A DNA stretch of 32,000 nt from Candidatus Nitrosopumilus koreensis AR1 (GTDB lineage Archaea > Thermoproteota > Nitrososphaeria > Nitrososphaerales > Nitrosopumilaceae). Shown one piece after another: positions 28,109 to 32,000 of the stretch; position 1 is the stretch's first letter, and every line of letters begins with the position of its first letter. The notes beneath the pieces are model-generated. The model ran no database searches. It saw nothing but the letters and a program-made list of their open reading frames with translations, and had not been told where the DNA came from. The stretch is from NCBI RefSeq assembly GCF_000299365.1, contig NC_018655.1, positions 1,080,001-1,112,000 on the forward strand. The letters are read 5' to 3'. The position numbers were made by a program, and so were the translations under genes.

Positions 28109-31100
28109 ATGGAATTATCCACAAAGTTTGATGCAAAAGCAATTGAATCACAGATTAGAGAATATACAGAATCAATTGATTTAGAAAAGCAGATTTTTGC
28201 ATCAGACAAACCTGAAAAAATTAGATTCATTGAAGGCCCTCCAACAATGAATGGAATTCCACATGCAGGACATCTCAGAGGAAGAGTCATCAAAGATTTG
28301 TGGTACAGATACAATACACTACAAGGAAAGAAAATAGAATTTAACGGAGGATGGGACACTCAAGGACTTCCTGTAGAATTACAGGTGGAAAAAGAGTTAG
28401 GAGTAACAGGTGGAAAAACAGAGGCAATAAAGCAATTTGGCATAGAACGAATTGTGTCAGAATGTAAGAAAGTTGTCCAAAAATATAACAAGACATGGGT
28501 GGAAGTTGATAAATTACTTGGAATGTCATTTAATCATGAAAAGGCATATTGGACTTTTCGAGATGAATTCATTGAAAGGGAATGGCAAATACTAAAGAAA
28601 GCACATGAAAATGGAATCTTAGAAGAAGACTTTACAGTAATTGCATATTGTCCAAGTTGTCAAACGTCACTTAGTCATGCAGAGGTCAATCAAGGATATG
28701 AAGAAGTGAAGGATCCGTCATTATACTATAAAGTAAAACTGGTTGATGAAGACGCGTTTTTGATTGTATGGACTACAATGCCATTTACACTAGTTACTGA
28801 TGCAATGGTGGGATTGCAACCAGAAGAAGATTACGTGTATGTCAAAGCAGAAAATGAAACATGGGTGGTTGGAAAAACAAGATTAGAAGAATTCATGGCA
28901 GAAGTGAAAATTGAAAATTATAAAATTGAGAAAACAGCCAAAGGTTCAGAATTTGAAGGTAAAAAATACATTCATCCATTATTAGATTCAATTCCTGAAT
29001 TAAATGAATGCTCAAAAGAAGATAATTTCCATGTGGCAGTATCAGAATCATTTGTAGATGCAAGTACTGGAAGCGGTCTTGTGCACCTCTCTCCTGCAAA
29101 CGGTGAAGAAGACATCAAAATTGCCAATAAAAGAAAAGTCAAAATTTTCAGCCCCATTGATGATGAAGTAAAGTTCACATCACAAGCAGGAAAATATCAA
29201 GGAATGTTTGTCAGAGATGCAGACAGACTAATTGTAGAAGATCTAAAGGATTGTGATGCCCTAGTAAAAATTGGGAAAATTAAGCACAAATATCCACTGT
29301 GTTGGAGATCACACCATCCAATTGTATGGCTTGCCAGAAAGGGGTGGTTTTACAAATTAGACAGATTAGATAACAAGGCAATTGATGCAGCTGAAAGCGT
29401 GGAATATTTTTTTGAGCAACCTAAAAACAGATTTTTGGGAATCATCAAAGAAAGACATCCTTGGTGTATTTCAAGAGAGAGAATTTGGGGGTGTCCATTA
29501 CCAGTATGGACATGTGAAGAATGTAATGAAAGAAATTGGTTTTTTACAAGAAAAGAGATTGTAGAATCTGCAGATAATCTTCCTGATGGTCCAGACTTTG
29601 AACTACACAGACCATGGATTGACAACATTACAATAAAATGCAAAAAGTGTGGAAGTACAAAAACAAAAAGAGAAGAGTATGTCTTAGATACTTGGCACAA
29701 CAGCGGCTCTGCGCCATATTCATCGTTAACTGATGAAGAATATTCCAAAGAAATTCCAGCTCCGTTTTTTACTGAGGGGATTGATCAGACCAGAGGATGG
29801 GCATACACTCTACTTATTGAAAATGTAATCTTAAACAACGGACCTACCCCACCATACAAGTCATTTTTGTTCCAAGGACACGTGCTTGATGAGAAAGGAG
29901 GAAAGATGAGTAAAAGTAAAGGAAATGTTTTGGAAGGAATGGAACTTTTGCAGAAGTACCCTGCAGATTTAATCCGATTTTATTTCATGTGGAAAGCAAG
30001 CCCAATTGAACCGCTAAGTTTCAGCACAGATGAGTTAATGTCAAGACCATATCAAGTAATTAACACACTGTTCAATTTGCATTTGTACTTTAAACAAAAT
30101 AGTCAGTACGATAATTTTGAAAAATCAAACACTGTAGAATGGGCAAAACAAAACGACTTGCTAACATCACCAGATATTTGGTTATTATCAAAACTTCAAA
30201 AATTGATTCTCAAAATCACAGATAAAAATAATTCATGTAGATTCCATGAGAGTGCAAAAGCAATTGATGATTTCATCATAAACAATCTCAGTCAAATCTA
30301 CATTCCAATCACACGGGGGGAATTATGGGATGAAGATGAGGAGAAAAAAGACAGAAGGCTTGCAATTTATGCAGTACTGGAAAAAGTTCTAAAAATATTA
30401 GATATTTTGATTCACCCATTTTGTCCATTTACGAGTGAATACTTGTATCAAACGGTTTTTGATGGAAAACAAAGCATACTACTTGACAAATGGCCAGAAG
30501 CCCAAGAATCACTTGTCAACGAAGAAATTGAAGAATCATTTGACATTATGAAAGACGTAGTGTCTGTTTCATCAGCTGCAAGAATGAAAGGTAAACTGAA
30601 ACGAAGATGGCCATTAAATGAAGCAAGAATTTGTGTTAAGAAGGGTCAAAAAGCCAAGCTAGAATCATTATCAGAGTTATTGCAATCTCAATTAAACGTA
30701 GAAAAATTCAGCATAGTTGAAACAGAAAAAGAATTAGGATTGGAACAAATTTTAGAACTAAAGGAATTAGGATTACCTGTAAAACCAATTATCGAATTAG
30801 AAAGAAAAAGAATCGGTCCCAAAGCGAAACAACACATGGGAAAACTTGTAACAAAGTTTTCTGAAACAGATCCTGAAGAAATAATATCATCATTACAAAA
30901 AGATTCAAAATTTAATTTTGACATAGATGGAGAAACTATTTCACTGGAAAGTGAAGATTTTGTTGTAGATTTTGATACATCAGAAAACTTTGCAGTATCA
31001 AAGAGAGATGATTATGTAGTGTTTATTTCTACTTTAAGAAACAAAGAGATGATGGCAAGAGGATTAATCAAAGATGTTGCAAGAAGACTTCAAACTCTAA

Positions 31101-31306
31101 GAAAAGAAAGAGGATACAATCCAACTGATGTTTTAGGGGTTGCGTCAATTCTTGATCTAGATGAAGAATCACTTGGGATGATAAAAGAAAAATCAGATGA
31201 TCTGGCGTTTTTGGTCAGAGTAAAACAAGTAAACTTTACAGAATCATGTAAAGAATACAAAGACGACGATATTGATGGTCAGAAAATTAGGATTTCAGTA
31301 GAATAG
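28109..31306 (+). CDS. ileS: Isoleucyl-tRNA synthetase
   Basis: 1065 aa; class I HIGH-type motif GIPHAGHLRGR, KMSKSKGNVLEGMELLQKYPADLIRFY; editing domain; CxxC pairs. Confidence 0.95.
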   Translation: MELSTKFDAKAIESQIREYTESIDLEKQIFASDKPEKIRFIEGPPTMNGIPHAGHLRGRVIKDLWYRYNTLQGKKIEFNGGWDTQGLPVELQVEKELGVTGGKTEAIKQFGIERIVSECKKVVQKYNKTWVEVDKLLGMSFNHEKAYWTFRDEFIEREWQILKKAHENGILEEDFTVIAYCPSCQTSLSHAEVNQGYEEVKDPSLYYKVKLVDEDAFLIVWTTMPFTLVTDAMVGLQPEEDYVYVKAENETWVVGKTRLEEFMAEVKIENYKIEKTAKGSEFEGKKYIHPLLDSIPELNECSKEDNFHVAVSESFVDASTGSGLVHLSPANGEEDIKIANKRKVKIFSPIDDEVKFTSQAGKYQGMFVRDADRLIVEDLKDCDALVKIGKIKHKYPLCWRSHHPIVWLARKGWFYKLDRLDNKAIDAAESVEYFFEQPKNRFLGIIKERHPWCISRERIWGCPLPVWTCEECNERNWFFTRKEIVESADNLPDGPDFELHRPWIDNITIKCKKCGSTKTKREEYVLDTWHNSGSAPYSSLTDEEYSKEIPAPFFTEGIDQTRGWAYTLLIENVILNNGPTPPYKSFLFQGHVLDEKGGKMSKSKGNVLEGMELLQKYPADLIRFYFMWKASPIEPLSFSTDELMSRPYQVINTLFNLHLYFKQNSQYDNFEKSNTVEWAKQNDLLTSPDIWLLSKLQKLILKITDKNNSCRFHESAKAIDDFIINNLSQIYIPITRGELWDEDEEKKDRRLAIYAVLEKVLKILDILIHPFCPFTSEYLYQTVFDGKQSILLDKWPEAQESLVNEEIEESFDIMKDVVSVSSAARMKGKLKRRWPLNEARICVKKGQKAKLESLSELLQSQLNVEKFSIVETEKELGLEQILELKELGLPVKPIIELERKRIGPKAKQHMGKLVTKFSETDPEEIISSLQKDSKFNFDIDGETISLESEDFVVDFDTSENFAVSKRDDYVVFISTLRNKEMMARGLIKDVARRLQTLRKERGYNPTDVLGVASILDLDEESLGMIKEKSDDLAFLVRVKQVNFTESCKEYKDDDIDGQKIRISVE

Positions 31307-31364
31307 TTTTTAAAAAAAATACGAGTGCAGTGCAAACTCACTTTTTATTAATCAAAATGGGAAA

Positions 31365-31436
31365 TAAATCACATCGCAGAAGAGATTGGGTTCAGATCCC
31401 CTACCAGTGTTTTCTCAATCTCTTCTGAGTGATTTA
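31365..31436 (+). ncRNA. Candidate structured RNA or hairpin element between ileS and the ferritin-like gene
   Basis: TAAATCAC (31365-31372) pairs with GTGATTTA (31429-31436); CAGAAGAGATTG (31377-31388) pairs with CAATCTCTTCTG (31416-31427); small internal loop; 27-nt apical segment. Confidence 0.4.
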
Positions 31437-31474
31437 ATGTAATATTTTTATTACAATCATACTGACGTAAGGAA

Positions 31475-32000
31475 ATGTCCGAATCAAAGGCACCAAATGT
31501 TGTTGGAATTAATGTTCTAAAACAAAACGGTCTTGATGTGGATGAATTGGTAAAAGAACTGATAAAAAATGCAGCAGTGGAATTTACTGCATACTACTAT
31601 TTTACCAATCTCAGAGCACATTGTACAGGCTTGGAAGGAGAGGGACTAAAAGGAATTATCGAAGATGCAAGGCTAGAAGATCTTAGCCATTTTGAGTCAT
31701 GCATTGAGAGAATATACCAGCTAGGAGGTTCACTTCCAAATGATGCAACAGAATTTATCAAAATTTCTGGTTGTGAGTTTTTACAACTTCCAGCAAATCC
31801 AACAGATCACAAAGCAATTCTAGAAAAATGTCTCAAAGCAGAACAAGGAGCAATTGTAAACTGGGATAAAATTTGCAAAATGACACTAGGCAAAGATCCT
31901 GCAACATACGATATTGCAAAAGATATTCTAGCTGAAGAGATCGAACATGAGTCTTGGTTCTTAGAGTTAATTTACGGAAGACCATCAGGACACATGAGAA
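31475..32000 (+). CDS. Ferritin-like/DPS-like protein, partial (runs off the right edge)
   Basis: Translation from ATG at 31475: MSESKAPNVVGINVLKQNGLDVDELVKELIKNAAVEFTAYYYFTNLRAHCTGLEGEGLKGIIEDARLEDLSHFESCIERIYQLGG... with ferritin-like helices and a late EEIEHESWF motif. Confidence 0.8.
   Translation, partial: MSESKAPNVVGINVLKQNGLDVDELVKELIKNAAVEFTAYYYFTNLRAHCTGLEGEGLKGIIEDARLEDLSHFESCIERIYQLGGSLPNDATEFIKISGCEFLQLPANPTDHKAILEKCLKAEQGAIVNWDKICKMTLGKDPATYDIAKDILAEEIEHESWFLELIYGRPSGHMR

Noticed and set aside
29350-29748. 132-aa minus-strand ORF
   Set aside because: Antisense to ileS; Ser/His/Leu-rich shadow translation.
31380-31405. tRNA T-arm-like GGGTTCAGATCCCC after ileS
   Set aside because: Only 3 bp of T-stem can form (TTGGG versus CCCCT fails beyond that) and no D-arm, anticodon arm or acceptor stem can be assembled. 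The sequence pairs better into the long hairpin reported.
1-32000. Defence island, prophage or transposon content
   Set aside because: No integrase, transposase, terminal inverted repeats, restriction-modification, Cas or toxin-antitoxin genes could be recognised. Nearly all ORFs are housekeeping or small lineage-type proteins.

Overview
This window reads as a gene-dense chromosomal segment from an ammonia-oxidising archaeon (Thaumarchaeota/Nitrososphaerota, Nitrosopumilus-like). That placement is inferred from the AT-rich sequence, the protein families and the gene neighbourhood; no search was run. Main contents: carB (partial) and carA; a three-gene cdvC (Vps4-like) operon with two uncharacterised partners, one resembling a divergent ESCRT-III/CdvB; a TrmB-like regulator; RidA; small Cys-rich proteins; a DHH phosphoesterase; citrate synthase; a membrane-anchored cupredoxin; a uvrB-uvrA-uvrC operon; an LLM-family oxidoreductase; an iron-dependent ADH-like semialdehyde reductase candidate; a glycerate 2-kinase; an MBL-fold exonuclease; purN, folD, a 5-formyl-THF cyclo-ligase-like gene, purD and ileS; and the start of a ferritin-like gene. 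Four genes (DHH, uvrA, uvrB, glycerate kinase) are broken by what look like single-base indels in A/T homopolymers, more likely sequence error than biology. The best leads are the cdvC operon partners, an unlisted 44-aa microprotein with 9 cysteines, and a long interrupted hairpin between ileS and the ferritin-like gene. I saw no CRISPR array, transposon, rRNA or convincing tRNA. I found no clear new defence or mobile system.
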